IMG/VR virus record: IMGVR_UViG_3300031949_000001
Span: 32,001-96,000 of that record
Direction: 5' to 3' (one strand)
Length of the DNA: 64,000 bases
DNA from: a virus
Lineage: Duplodnaviria > Heunggongvirae > Uroviricota > Caudoviricetes
Part shown: positions 1-9,256 of the stretch, one piece after another
How positions within the stretch are numbered: position 1 is the stretch's first letter
Layout of the letters: each line of letters begins with the position of its first letter
The notes under the pieces: generated by a model
Databases searched by the model: none
Told to the model about the DNA's origin: nothing
Seen by the model: only the letters and a program-made list of their open reading frames with translations
Position numbers and translations under genes: made by a program

Positions 1-76
1 GAATACAACACTTTTATTAAAATGGATAGGCTTTTAAAAACGTTGGGTTTCATCCAAAACAAAACAGGAAGACAAA

Positions 77-415
77 ATGAAGATAACAATTAATCAAGTA
101 GTATATGAACAGTTCCAAGCGTTCATGATTGCCTATGATGCAATGATGCAAGACGCTCGAAAACTTAATAATGAGTATCAACCTCTTAGCTCTCCGGTTC
201 TGATGAACGATGCAGGTAGTAAAGAATATTATGAGCATGAGCAAAAAATGAATGCTGTCCAGCACAGAACTTATCGATTCGGTCAAGTGGTTCTGGAGAA
301 TGTATTTGTCACTAGCTATAAGGCAATTCATAACAATCGTTTTCAAATAAAAGATGGACATGTTGTTCCGATCTATGTTGATCTGGAAATCGAATTTTCC
401 TATTGGTTAAAATAG
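77..415 (+). CDS. hypothetical phage protein
   Basis: ORF with upstream AGGA, in a tightly packed + strand run. Confidence 0.6.
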   Translation: MKITINQVVYEQFQAFMIAYDAMMQDARKLNNEYQPLSSPVLMNDAGSKEYYEHEQKMNAVQHRTYRFGQVVLENVFVTSYKAIHNNRFQIKDGHVVPIYVDLEIEFSYWLK

Positions 416-423
416 GAGCTATC

Positions 424-663
424 ATGAACGAACGTGGATATGAAATTGTAACTCAGAAAATTTACGACACGATTATTTCTCCGTGGTTTGGAAAGATTAA
501 TGTAAATTCAGACGAAGAATATAAAAGAAGTATGTTTACTGATCCAGAGACAAATACTCGTTCCATTGTGATAGACGGCAAGAAGTATCGTATGGCTGAT
601 CTCCTACCTTTTGCGGTCAAAGCAATGAAAGAATTTGGTGAACAGCTTGGGATATCAATGTGA
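424..663 (+). CDS. hypothetical protein
   Basis: AGGAG RBS before ATG 424. Confidence 0.6.
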   Translation: MNERGYEIVTQKIYDTIISPWFGKINVNSDEEYKRSMFTDPETNTRSIVIDGKKYRMADLLPFAVKAMKEFGEQLGISM

Positions 664-1100
664 ATAAAGTTATAGAAGAACGGGATGGATTGGCTGATAT
701 TCTTGGAAAAATGGAATATCAAATTATTGAAGGGGCGACTGGAGTTAAACGTTGTCCAAGAAAAGTTCCCGAAGAGCAGTCTATATACGCCTATGGTAAT
801 TCGCCTGCTGCGGTAAATCTGTTTGATATTCTTCAGAAGGCACCAAAATCTGTACGTTCTCACATGACTCGGATTATGACTCGATATAGCACGATCCTTA
901 ACAAGTTAACGATAGGAGACAGTACAGAACGCTATGTTGCAAAAACGATGTTGCTTGATTCGATTGATGAAGTTGAAAGGCATCCAGACCTAGAATATAT
1001 GGCTGGAACCCACACGTGTAATGTCTTAAAGACACGACACAAAGAATGGTTGAGAGGTTATAATGTTGGTAAACAAAGAACAATGTCACCACACGGGTGA
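660..1100 (+). CDS. hypothetical protein
   Basis: GTGA overlap with upstream ORF. Confidence 0.6.
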   Translation: MNKVIEERDGLADILGKMEYQIIEGATGVKRCPRKVPEEQSIYAYGNSPAAVNLFDILQKAPKSVRSHMTRIMTRYSTILNKLTIGDSTERYVAKTMLLDSIDEVERHPDLEYMAGTHTCNVLKTRHKEWLRGYNVGKQRTMSPHG

Positions 1101-1440
1101 AGTTTATTATGATTTGGGTATGGACAATTATTACTGTGCTGATTGTTCAAAAGGTATGGGTGTTCAATATTATCGTCTCGCTAAGAAGTATGAGGCGTTG
1201 GAGAAACTAAGTATGATCGAAACAAAGCCATTATATGCGGTCGGTGATTATCTTGTGAGACGCTTCAGAGATATTCCGTCTTTGAAGAAGTATGTAGGTT
1301 CGGATGCAACCGAAGAAAATTTATTGGAAATTATTGTCGAAACTCTTAAAACTGTTCCCGAGGGTTATGAATTTTTCCAATTCATGAACTTTACTTTGGG
1401 TGCAACGTTTGTTGTTTACAAAAAGATAAAAAATAATTAA
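1063..1440 (+). CDS. hypothetical protein
   Basis: ORF continuing the gene run. Confidence 0.55.
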   Translation: MLVNKEQCHHTGEVYYDLGMDNYYCADCSKGMGVQYYRLAKKYEALEKLSMIETKPLYAVGDYLVRRFRDIPSLKKYVGSDATEENLLEIIVETLKTVPEGYEFFQFMNFTLGATFVVYKKIKNN

Positions 1441-1521
1441 AATAAAAATTATGAGGGAAAGTACTTGTAACTGGCATGTGCTACGGGTATAGTTAACAAA
1501 ATTTAATTTAAGGAGAACATA

Positions 1522-2136
1522 ATGTCTGCTCTGATTATCGGATTTATATGGTTGTTGAATCTTGGTATTTCTTACTGGAACTGTCGTGTTGTTGGTCTAA
1601 TATGGAATTCCTCCAAAGAAATGGGTGGTGGGGTTCGTTTCATGACCTGGATGGGTGCAATTATGGGAGCCAGTGGCTTCTCATGGTGTTTGCTTATTCT
1701 TCTTTTTATAGGTGGTGGTATATTATTTCCCACGCACGTTACCCCTCAAATGGTTAATTCCGGCTTGTCCTTAGGCTATTTAGTTATCCTTCCGGGTATT
1801 CTTTTTTCTGGTTTTGCGATCTGGATTGATTCTTTGGTACAAGCCTGGAGACGCCGTGATATGGTCAGTATGGGTGTTGCTGCTTGGAACACATTTGCAC
1901 AAATCACAAATACAGTAAGTGCATTCCGTGATGTTCCGATGGCTTTCAAGGAAGTTGGTAAATTATTTAGTGGTGGTGGAGACGCTCGCGGTAAGGCTGT
2001 CATGTTGGTAATTGTTCTTGTGGCTGTGTCCGTTCTTGGTGGTATCATTATTGCCGCCTCGATTATCAGCCATTACGCTAAACAAGAATTAGACGATTTG
2101 TATGGTCTACGTTCTGATGCAAGAGGTTCTCGATGA
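1522..2136 (+). CDS. multi-pass membrane protein
   Basis: AAGGAG RBS; about 4 hydrophobic segments. Confidence 0.75.
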   Translation: MSALIIGFIWLLNLGISYWNCRVVGLIWNSSKEMGGGVRFMTWMGAIMGASGFSWCLLILLFIGGGILFPTHVTPQMVNSGLSLGYLVILPGILFSGFAIWIDSLVQAWRRRDMVSMGVAAWNTFAQITNTVSAFRDVPMAFKEVGKLFSGGGDARGKAVMLVIVLVAVSVLGGIIIAASIISHYAKQELDDLYGLRSDARGSR

Positions 2137-2463
2137 AAGTTAAAGTAACCATTACACGTCAAGAATTAAATGCTATAATACGGAATTATATCGCTACTGC
2201 TATTCCAGGTAGTAATGTTCTAGGTAGTTTAGAATTTGTAGGTGAAAATACCGGCATTGAATGGCGCGATGATGGTAAGCTAAATCGCGCCTCGACGCTT
2301 AATTGTGTTGAAGCAATGGTGACATGTGCTGCGCCCAGCCATTCGACTTGAAAAAGGTCTTTGGTTGGTCTATTTACATTCAGAAAGTCTATATGGATTT
2401 CCCGGATTAAACGCTGTAGAAGCTTGGAATAAATACAAAAGCTGGCTCAACCGAACCTGAATC

Positions 2464-2492
2464 TTGACATCACCCGCGCCCTGTAGTATAAT
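2464..2492 (+). promoter_or_regulatory. sigma70 promoter
   Basis: TTGACA-17 nt-TATAAT. Confidence 0.8.
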
Positions 2493-2522
2493 TTCGCCTT
2501 CTTACCTGAACTGGAGCATCAA

Positions 2523-3461
2523 ATGAGACATTTGATTGGGTTTTTCTGTTTTCTTTTATCGCTGGCAGCTAATGCCGATGCGGTGGACGAGCTAATGGAA
2601 CCGTATTTGATTATTGATATTCCACAATGCTGCGACATTAGCCAGCAGGAAAGATTTGATATCACAGATTTTATTTCTCCTTCTCATCCTTACAACTTTA
2701 CATCGGTCAGACTTAAAGCGGCTAATGTTCTTGTGATAGACCAAGAAACCGGAGAAATTCTCTTCTCAAAAAAAGCAGATGAAATCGTTTCTATCGCTTC
2801 AGTCACCAAACTTATGACTGCTATGGTTGTATTGGACGCTGATCTTTCTATGGACGAAATAATAACAATCACTCGGGCAGATGTTAATTGGCTAAAAAGA
2901 ACCCGTTCTCGTCTTCAAGAAGGAACAAAGCTCTCTCGTGCTGCAATAATGCGCTTGGCACTTATGAGTTCTGATAATCGCGCCGCTCATGCTCTTGCGC
3001 GAACTTATCCGGCAGGCTTCAAAGCGTTCATTATTGCTATGAATGATAAGGCACAAAACCTGGGAATGATGAACAGTGAGTTCTTCGATCCAACAGGTTT
3101 GACTCCTAAGAATACAAGCACGGCGCGTGATCTTGCTATAATGGTTGGAGCGGCTTATGGCTATGATGAAATCCGAGAGTTTAGTACAACTGAGCGTTAC
3201 ACGATAAAGCTCTCTAAGAAGCGTAACGCACGTCCTACACGGTTCATGAATTCGAACGCATTGATCCATACTCACCAATGGAAAATTGGTTTGAGTAAGA
3301 CGGGCTATATTTCGGATGCTGGTAGGTGTGTTGTTATGCAAGCACAAATTTCAGATCGTCCGGTTATCATTATTTTAATGGATAGCCTGACAAAAAGAAC
3401 TCGCGTGAAAGATGCCAATGCTTTAAAAGCTTGGTTGCAAACTATTTTGGAAGGAATTTAA
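2523..3461 (+). CDS. pbpG: D-alanyl-D-alanine endopeptidase, PBP7-like (peptidase S11)
   Basis: signal peptide; SVTK (SxxK), SDN and KTG motifs; DPTGL. Confidence 0.85.
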   Translation: MRHLIGFFCFLLSLAANADAVDELMEPYLIIDIPQCCDISQQERFDITDFISPSHPYNFTSVRLKAANVLVIDQETGEILFSKKADEIVSIASVTKLMTAMVVLDADLSMDEIITITRADVNWLKRTRSRLQEGTKLSRAAIMRLALMSSDNRAAHALARTYPAGFKAFIIAMNDKAQNLGMMNSEFFDPTGLTPKNTSTARDLAIMVGAAYGYDEIREFSTTERYTIKLSKKRNARPTRFMNSNALIHTHQWKIGLSKTGYISDAGRCVVMQAQISDRPVIIILMDSLTKRTRVKDANALKAWLQTILEGI

Positions 3462-3677
3462 CATGTTGAAAGTTACCATAAGTTTTGGACCGGAAGAGAT
3501 TGAAGAAATTTTCAGATGGTTTGTTCAGACTCACTATCCTGATTTGAATCCAGGTTCAGTTAAGACTAATATCGATACTCTTGATAGGGGTGGTGGCACA
3601 TACGTTTCTAGCATCACGGTAACCTGTACCAAAGACAAAAAGCCAGAAATCACGTCTGTTATACGGGATCACTAATC

Positions 3678-4100
3678 ATGAAAAAAGTGAGTGTATATCA
3701 CGGTGAAGTGAGTGCCGTTCGCGGTCTAGAAAGTTTTATCTTTGTTCTTTTTGATGAAGCCAATAATCCAATCATAGAAACAACAGTTTCTATGGAAAAT
3801 TTGGGAGCCTTGTTATTTGGGGATCGGGTAAAATGTGTTTATATCCCAACAGGTGTTGACAGAATTGGAAAAAAGACACAGACTAAACAGGAAGAAGTCT
3901 TCGTGAAATTCGGACCATGGGAAGAGCGCGAGGCTGATGTAGATGTTGCCCTTGCTCCATTTGAAGTCGATGGTTGGTTTGCTAACCGTCGCAATTTGCA
4001 GAGTCCTATGACTTTCATAAGACATGAAAATGGAAACAAACTTCAAGGTGCTTACTACGATGTTCGTTTTGAGAGATACGTTGATAATTCAATAGAGTGA
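3678..4100 (+). CDS. hypothetical protein
   Basis: ORF in run. Confidence 0.6.
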   Translation: MKKVSVYHGEVSAVRGLESFIFVLFDEANNPIIETTVSMENLGALLFGDRVKCVYIPTGVDRIGKKTQTKQEEVFVKFGPWEEREADVDVALAPFEVDGWFANRRNLQSPMTFIRHENGNKLQGAYYDVRFERYVDNSIE

Positions 4101-4108
4101 GGTTAATC

Positions 4109-4288
4109 ATGGGTGATGTTATTCCACTACCACGTAGACAAACATTAGAAGAATTGTTTTTCAACTATGTTTATCTCCTGGGTAAAAGAGATTATGAAAA
4201 GGATATTTGCTTTCGAGACAATCCATATCCTTATGATTCGATGGAACGAGAAGTATGGAATAGCGGTTGGTGGCCAGATTGGACGTAA
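4109..4288 (+). CDS. small Rmf/CrpP-like motif protein
   Basis: G..DY......DNPY......W..GW motif. Confidence 0.5.
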   Translation: MGDVIPLPRRQTLEELFFNYVYLLGKRDYEKDICFRDNPYPYDSMEREVWNSGWWPDWT

Positions 4289-4639
4289 ATGTCAATGAAA
4301 CTATACGATGAATCCGAATATGGTTCGGAAACTCTAGTCTCGCTTAAGCAAGAAGGTGAAAAGGCTTACAATGATGGTAAAAACATTGGTGATAATCCCT
4401 ATCCGTTTGCCACTGTAGATTTCAAGTTTTGGGACGCTGGTTGGTGGGAGACGTTTTACGCAAAGACAAAATTCTTTGTTGAAAGTCTTCATGCTATCTC
4501 TGAAAATCAACAATATTGTGATTCATTCACCGAAGATAGCAAATATGGCAAAGCCAAAGTGTTTGATCTGAATGCTGAGAGAAAAATGAGGAGCAACAAA
4601 AGAGGACTAAATATAAAAACTAACCCTCCTTTGGAATAA
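4289..4639 (+). CDS. Rmf/CrpP-like motif protein
   Basis: EGEKAYNDGK...DNPY......W..GW motif. Confidence 0.55.
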   Translation: MSMKLYDESEYGSETLVSLKQEGEKAYNDGKNIGDNPYPFATVDFKFWDAGWWETFYAKTKFFVESLHAISENQQYCDSFTEDSKYGKAKVFDLNAERKMRSNKRGLNIKTNPPLE

Positions 4640-4646
4640 AAGCCTG

Positions 4647-5075
4647 ATGAAACTTGAAAGACGCGCCGGAATGCTCCCATACTTTGTCCATCCAGACGGG
4701 AAGATTGAATTTCTATTGATGGTTCCAACTAACCCTAAACTAACTGATAAGCCTCAGATCGCTAAGGGTTGGATTGATGAGGGAGAAGATCCATACAAGA
4801 CAGCCCGCCGAGAAGCCAAGGAAGAACTTGGTTTAAAAAAGAAAAATATGAAACGTATTCCATTACACTTGGGATTATGGGATAAAACAGAAATTTTTAT
4901 AGTTGAAGTTATCGCAAAAGAAAAGTTCAAACCAGTCGATAAAGAGGAAGTACGAAGAGTTCTTTGGATGACGACGGAAGAATTCCGAAAATCTGGTCGA
5001 AGATCCAATCGAGCAGTCATTGAATTGGCTAATATTATAGCCAAGCGCATTCGAGAAATTGAAAACGAGAAATAA
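4647..5075 (+). CDS. NUDIX hydrolase
   Basis: Nudix box GWIDEGEDPYKTARREAKEELG. Confidence 0.9.
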   Translation: MKLERRAGMLPYFVHPDGKIEFLLMVPTNPKLTDKPQIAKGWIDEGEDPYKTARREAKEELGLKKKNMKRIPLHLGLWDKTEIFIVEVIAKEKFKPVDKEEVRRVLWMTTEEFRKSGRRSNRAVIELANIIAKRIREIENEK

Positions 5076-5077
5076 TC

Positions 5078-5899
5078 ATGATACCTGATGTTCGGAGCAA
5101 TGTCTTACATTTGCCAGCAAATGAAGACGGTCGGGATTTTATTATTGGAGATTTACACGGCTGCTACGATGAACTACTAGCCGCGATGACCTACGTCAAG
5201 TTCGACTATGCTAAAGACAGAATGATTTGTGTTGGTGATTTAATAGACCGAGGTAAAAAATCATACGAATGTTTGAAGCTCCTTGATAATCCATGGTTCT
5301 TTTCGACTTTTGGGAATCATGAAGAGATGATGTACAAATCGATCATGACTGGAGACCCCGACTGGATTAGCCAATGGAAAAAGTATGGTGGTATGTGGGC
5401 GTGGGATTGGAATTTTGTCGCAACAGTTGATCGGTGGGATTTGGTAAAGAAATATTTGAAAAATTTACCGTTGATTATTACCGTTGGAGAAGGCAAGGAT
5501 CGATATAATGTTTTACATGCTGAAATTCACAATGGTTTAACTCCGGTGACTGATGAAAGTATTGACAAATGGGAATTTAAGAATTGTAATCCGGCTTATA
5601 TACGTGAAAAGATACTTTGGGGTAGAGCCATTATAGAAGGTAGGTTATATAACAAAGCGCATGAGATTCAAAAAGACATGTCGATAACGTACTGCGGTCA
5701 TACGCCAGTTGAGAAAGTAGTTCGTAAGGGCGCTCAAGTTTATATCGACACAGGTATTGTGTTTGGAGATTATTTAACGATGGTTGAACACAAGACACAA
5801 AAACTGATCAAGTACTACCCTGTCGGTGAGAGATTTGTTGAAAGCTATCTTGCTGATGTTGTAGATCGAGATTTAAATAAGTGGACACCAAATGGCTAA
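5078..5899 (+). CDS. Ser/Thr protein phosphatase (PPP/lambda-phosphatase-like metallophosphoesterase)
   Basis: GDLHG, GDLIDRG, GNHE, GHTP motifs. Confidence 0.9.
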   Translation: MIPDVRSNVLHLPANEDGRDFIIGDLHGCYDELLAAMTYVKFDYAKDRMICVGDLIDRGKKSYECLKLLDNPWFFSTFGNHEEMMYKSIMTGDPDWISQWKKYGGMWAWDWNFVATVDRWDLVKKYLKNLPLIITVGEGKDRYNVLHAEIHNGLTPVTDESIDKWEFKNCNPAYIREKILWGRAIIEGRLYNKAHEIQKDMSITYCGHTPVEKVVRKGAQVYIDTGIVFGDYLTMVEHKTQKLIKYYPVGERFVESYLADVVDRDLNKWTPNG

Positions 5900-6338
5900 A
5901 ATTTTAATGTTGATGGTAGTGCTTTTCTATATGTCGGTTTGTGGTGCGGTGGATCTTTCTAAGTTGGATAGTGGGCAGGCTCCTGGTTCGGGTTGTGAAA
6001 ATGTAGCACAATATTTTTTCAGTGTAGCCAAATTTGAAAGAGATAAAGGTGTTGATGTGCGCTTACCAAAGATGGTTTTAGTTGCTAATTTTGAATATAA
6101 CATTAACTCAAAATTAATTTTTGCTCTAGGAAGACCTTACTTCGATGAACTTCTAGCCTTCTTTCAGAAAGGTGTTGATGACGTGTGGCGCCTTAAAGAC
6201 ATTCCAGCCGAAGAATTCAGAGAGATGATTCGTGTAAATTGTGAAGCAACGAAGGCTGAAACATCGGAATTTATTTCTTTTGATACTTTGTACGCTTTTC
6301 GTAAACAATCAAAAGAACTTATTCAACCACAAAATTAA
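5892..6338 (+). CDS. secreted two-Cys protein (paralog family)
   Basis: signal peptide; C...RDKG...C pattern. Confidence 0.6.
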   Translation: MAKILMLMVVLFYMSVCGAVDLSKLDSGQAPGSGCENVAQYFFSVAKFERDKGVDVRLPKMVLVANFEYNINSKLIFALGRPYFDELLAFFQKGVDDVWRLKDIPAEEFREMIRVNCEATKAETSEFISFDTLYAFRKQSKELIQPQN

Positions 6339-6861
6339 AATGCTTTTTTGGAGAACTGCGTGGAAGCCCACACACGAGGAGAAGCTTTCCCTAATTTTAC
6401 CTGATTGTGACAGCCTGAAAAACTCTCTTCAGAAATGGAGAAAGCGCAACTTCATCATTGCGTATTGCTCGGAAACTTTCGTTATATATGTTTTTGTTGA
6501 AGGTGATATAGGTTTTAATATCGAAGGCTGGCAGTATTTTAACGTTGAAACAGTTAACAACTGTGGTCCTATTGAGGTATTGACTTTTCCTCCATTAGCG
6601 GGTAAAATAATATTTCATGATTCGAGAACTTAAATGGATCTTTCTTTTTTAGATGAAAGCAAGTTTGAATATAAAGACACTGGCTTGATCTTTGAAGCCG
6701 TTGATATGAGTACTTGGTTATGTCGCGAAAAGAGAATGTGGCTAATTTGTTGTTTTGGTAATTGGAAAACAGCGAAGTATGTTAATCGAGAGACAGTCTA
6801 TACTGACTACGATTCGTTTGAAAAGGCTTGTGATGCGATTGTTAAATCATAAAGGATAATA

Positions 6862-7131
6862 ATGAGTTTCTATCAAAAATCAAATAGTATGCAAGTGGCT
6901 TTGGATCGCATCTCTATATCTATGTTTGGGCGTTCGATAACCGAAGCGTTGGAGAAGAAGATATGCGTAATGTGTGCTTCTTCAGTCTATGATGTTGAAG
7001 AAGATAAGTGGGGATTTAGGGACAATCTATCACTGGTGGAATATCAAATTAGTGGAGTTTGTCAGGCTTGCCAAGACCCTATTTTCGGACTTGGAGAATA
7101 TGCTGAGAAATTCAGTAAAGACGAGATGTAG
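6862..7131 (+). CDS. small zinc-binding protein
   Basis: CVMC and CQAC motifs; RBS. Confidence 0.6.
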   Translation: MSFYQKSNSMQVALDRISISMFGRSITEALEKKICVMCASSVYDVEEDKWGFRDNLSLVEYQISGVCQACQDPIFGLGEYAEKFSKDEM

Positions 7132-7139
7132 GAAAAAGC

Positions 7140-7168
7140 TTGACAAGGCATAAATAGTCTTGTATAGT
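7140..7168 (+). promoter_or_regulatory. sigma70 promoter of tRNA cluster 1 (late-type ATAAATA in spacer)
   Basis: TTGACA-17 nt-TATAGT. Confidence 0.8.
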
Positions 7169-7217
7169 ATCAAAACTGAGAACGCGGGCATCCCGTCAAA
7201 CTGTTTAAGGAATAAAC

Positions 7218-7325
7218 ATGGTTACGCTTAAAGTCATCACTAACGCAGCAGAACATACATTTGCAGAGGCATTTACTGCCCCTGCGGAACCTGTTCGCGC
7301 CCTTGAGGATGGTCCTGGTGTGTAA
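7218..7325 (+). CDS. attenuator leader peptide 1, MVTLKVITNAAEHTFAEAFTAPAEPVRALEDGPGV
   Basis: TAAGGA RBS; 35-codon ORF whose 3' end covers the antiterminator strand. Confidence 0.75.
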   Translation: MVTLKVITNAAEHTFAEAFTAPAEPVRALEDGPGV

Positions 7326-7374
7326 GTAACCAAAGATCAACCAAAAAGGGCGCTTAGAAATAAGTGCCCTTTTT
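7297..7374 (+). terminator. attenuator: antiterminator GCGCCCTT (7297-7304) and intrinsic terminator (7343-7374)
   Basis: AAAAAGGGCGCTTA-GAAA-TAAGTGCCCTTTTT hairpin; GCGCCCTT is complementary to its 5' arm AAGGGCGC. Confidence 0.8.
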
Positions 7375-7377
7375 ATT

Positions 7378-7392
7378 TGCTCTTTTAAAATT
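7378..7392 (+). promoter_or_regulatory. boxA-like Nus antitermination site
   Basis: TGCTCTTTTAAAATT vs rrn boxA TGCTCTTTAACAATT. Confidence 0.6.
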
Positions 7393-7403
7393 CGGAAAAC
7401 TAT

Positions 7404-7478
7404 GGTGGTATTAGTGTAGCGGCTCTGCACATTTGCCTGTGAAGCAAAAAGTTTGGGATCGACCCCCAAATATCACCC
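7404..7478 (+). tRNA. tRNA-His(GTG), G-1/C73, CCA not fully encoded
   Basis: cloverleaf; TTTGC-CTGTGAA-GCAAA. Confidence 0.85.
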
Positions 7479-7524
7479 TTGTTGTTTGATGATAAATACC
7501 AGACAACAAAGGTGATAGAGAGCC

Positions 7525-8178
7525 ATGATTCATTATTTGTATCGAACTACGAATGTTTTGACGGGAAAATATTATCTCGGTATGCACTCAACGAAAAATC
7601 TTGACGATGGGTATATTGGGTCGGGTAAAATTTTACGACGTTCGATTAAGAAATATGGTTTGATAAATCATTTAAAGGAAGTATTTTTGTTTGTAAAAAC
7701 TAGAGAAGAATTAGTACAAAAAGAAAAAGAATTAATTACAGAAGAATTGTTAAAAGATCCATCAATAATGAATTTACGTTTAGGTGGTGAGGGTGGTGGT
7801 AATTGGACGAATGAACAACAACGAAAAAACAACGAAAAATCACAACAAGCGCAACGGAAGTTGATTGAAAATAACCCTCAATGGGTTGAATCGCGGTCGA
7901 GAAAACTTAGTGAGGCGCATAAACGTGCGTATGATAGTGGTAAAAGACCAAAAAAGCAACCACTTGATTGGACCGGACGGAAGCATTCTGAAGAAACGAA
8001 AGAGAAGCTTTCTAGGATTAAAAAAGGAATCTATGCAGATGGAAAAAATCCAAAAGCAAAGAAAGTAAAAGACGATGAAGAAAATATTTTTGCGACCTAT
8101 AAGGAATGTGGTATGTATCACAACATACATCCAGAAACGGTAGCAAGAAGAATAGCAAAAGGTTTGTACAGTGTTTAA
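7525..8178 (+). mobile_element. free-standing GIY-YIG (Seg-like) homing endonuclease with NUMOD3-like motif
   Basis: YLYRTTN...YYLG...YIGSG; GRKHSEETKEKLS; lies within the tRNA cluster. Confidence 0.85.
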
Positions 8179-8182
8179 TAGT

Positions 8183-8256
8183 GTGTGCGTGTTGTAATGG
8201 TAGCAACCGATCTTGTGACGGTCGTAGAGCGAGTTCGAATCTCGTCGTTCACTCCA
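8183..8256 (+). tRNA. tRNA-His(GTG)-like, atypical (U73, no encoded G-1)
   Basis: CGATC-TTGTGAC-GGTCG; T-arm; CCA. Confidence 0.7.
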
Positions 8257-8267
8257 ATAAACATTAT

Positions 8268-8342
8268 GCTGTTCTAGCTGAGATGGATTAGCGCGAGTCT
8301 GAAAAGCTCGAAAGGGTGGATCGTTACCACCGGATGGCACCA
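8268..8342 (+). tRNA. tRNA-Phe(GAA)
   Basis: CGAGT-CTGAAAA-GCTCG; ACCA end. Confidence 0.85.
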
Positions 8343-8346
8343 ACGA

Positions 8347-8469
8347 ATTTGTGAACGACTCGGTTGAAGAGTTATGGCTTCCGCCACTATGGGTGAACTA
8401 ATTATCCACCCTATTATGCAGTGTGGTCTATGTGCGCAGGACTGAAATGTGGATTTGTTGTTCACAGAT
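8347..8469 (+). ncRNA. unknown structured RNA
   Basis: 13-bp closing helix ATTTGTGAACGAC/GTTGTTCACAGAT between two tRNAs. Confidence 0.45.
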
Positions 8470-8477
8470 AGAATTAT

Positions 8478-8555
8478 CAGGGTGTGATGCCAATTGGTAG
8501 GCGACCTCTTTTGGAAAGAGGAATACTGTAGGTTCGAGCCCTATCACCCTGACCA
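8478..8555 (+). tRNA. tRNA-Pro(TGG)
   Basis: CCTCT-TTTGGAA-AGAGG; C1-G72, ACCA. Confidence 0.85.
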
Positions 8556-8557
8556 GT

Positions 8558-8677
8558 GTTTGTGTAGTGTGAATGGGTAGCACACCCCCCAATAGGGGTA
8601 GCTTGCGTAGTTCGATCTGTGCCTTGCAAGGCTGGGCTAGTTCGGAGGTCTCGGTTCGAGTCCGGGTACGAGCACTA
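8558..8677 (+). ncRNA. tRNA-like RNA with 6-nt anticodon loop and ~50-nt extra arm
   Basis: acceptor GTTTGTG/TACGAGC, D-arm, GGTTCGAGTCC T-arm; ends ACTA. Confidence 0.6.
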
Positions 8678-8688
8678 AAGAATTTGAT

Positions 8689-8764
8689 GGGTCTATGGCG
8701 TAAGTGGTCTGCGCGCATGCCTGAAGAGCATGAGGAGACGGTTCGATCCCGTATGGACCTACCA
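8689..8764 (+). tRNA. tRNA-Phe(GAA), G37 variant
   Basis: CATGC-CTGAAGA-GCATG; ACCA. Confidence 0.8.
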
Positions 8765-8781
8765 GAAGTTGTTGTACATAT

Positions 8782-8856
8782 AACCCGCTGGATTTCCGGG
8801 TAGATCAGGAGGCTTTCAACCTCACGAGACGGGTTCGACTCCCGTGCGGGTTACCA
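8782..8856 (+). tRNA. tRNA-Glu(TTC)
   Basis: GAGG-CTTTCAA-CCTC; acceptor AACCCGC/GCGGGTT; CCA. Confidence 0.8.
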
Positions 8857-8878
8857 CTTTAGAGTTTGGAGTATTACA

Positions 8879-9100
8879 ATGTTAACGCTTAAGGAGATGG
8901 TAAAAGGCGGTAAGAGAGTTAGATTTTCGTTTTACAGAGAGAAGGAATTGTGGTATACTACTGAGGATGGATTTGAATTTCCCGTCCCAATAGGGGATAT
9001 AGGTAGTGCGATATTTTTGGCTGAAGATAAAGCGATTTTGTTTATGCGATACATCCGCAAACATCTGTCTTATCTTGAGGAAGCCAAGTTAGAATCTTAA
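8879..9100 (+). CDS. small phage protein
   Basis: GGAG RBS; ORF between tRNAs. Confidence 0.7.
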   Translation: MLTLKEMVKGGKRVRFSFYREKELWYTTEDGFEFPVPIGDIGSAIFLAEDKAILFMRYIRKHLSYLEEAKLES

Positions 9101-9174
9101 CGTTTGGTTGGCAGATCAAGCGGAGAGTGAGGTTACACATGTAGATACGAGCCTGCCAGCCCAAATGCTACATG

Positions 9175-9250
9175 TGGTTCGTAGTTTAATGGCAGAACTG
9201 CCCCCATTGACGGGGTGAGTGTAGGTTCGATTCCTACCGGACGTTAACCA
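9175..9250 (+). tRNA. degenerate tRNA (TTG anticodon position, A33, broken acceptor stem)
   Basis: D- and T-arms intact; GCCCC-CATTGAC-GGGGT. Confidence 0.55.
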
Positions 9251-9256
9251 ATTTAT

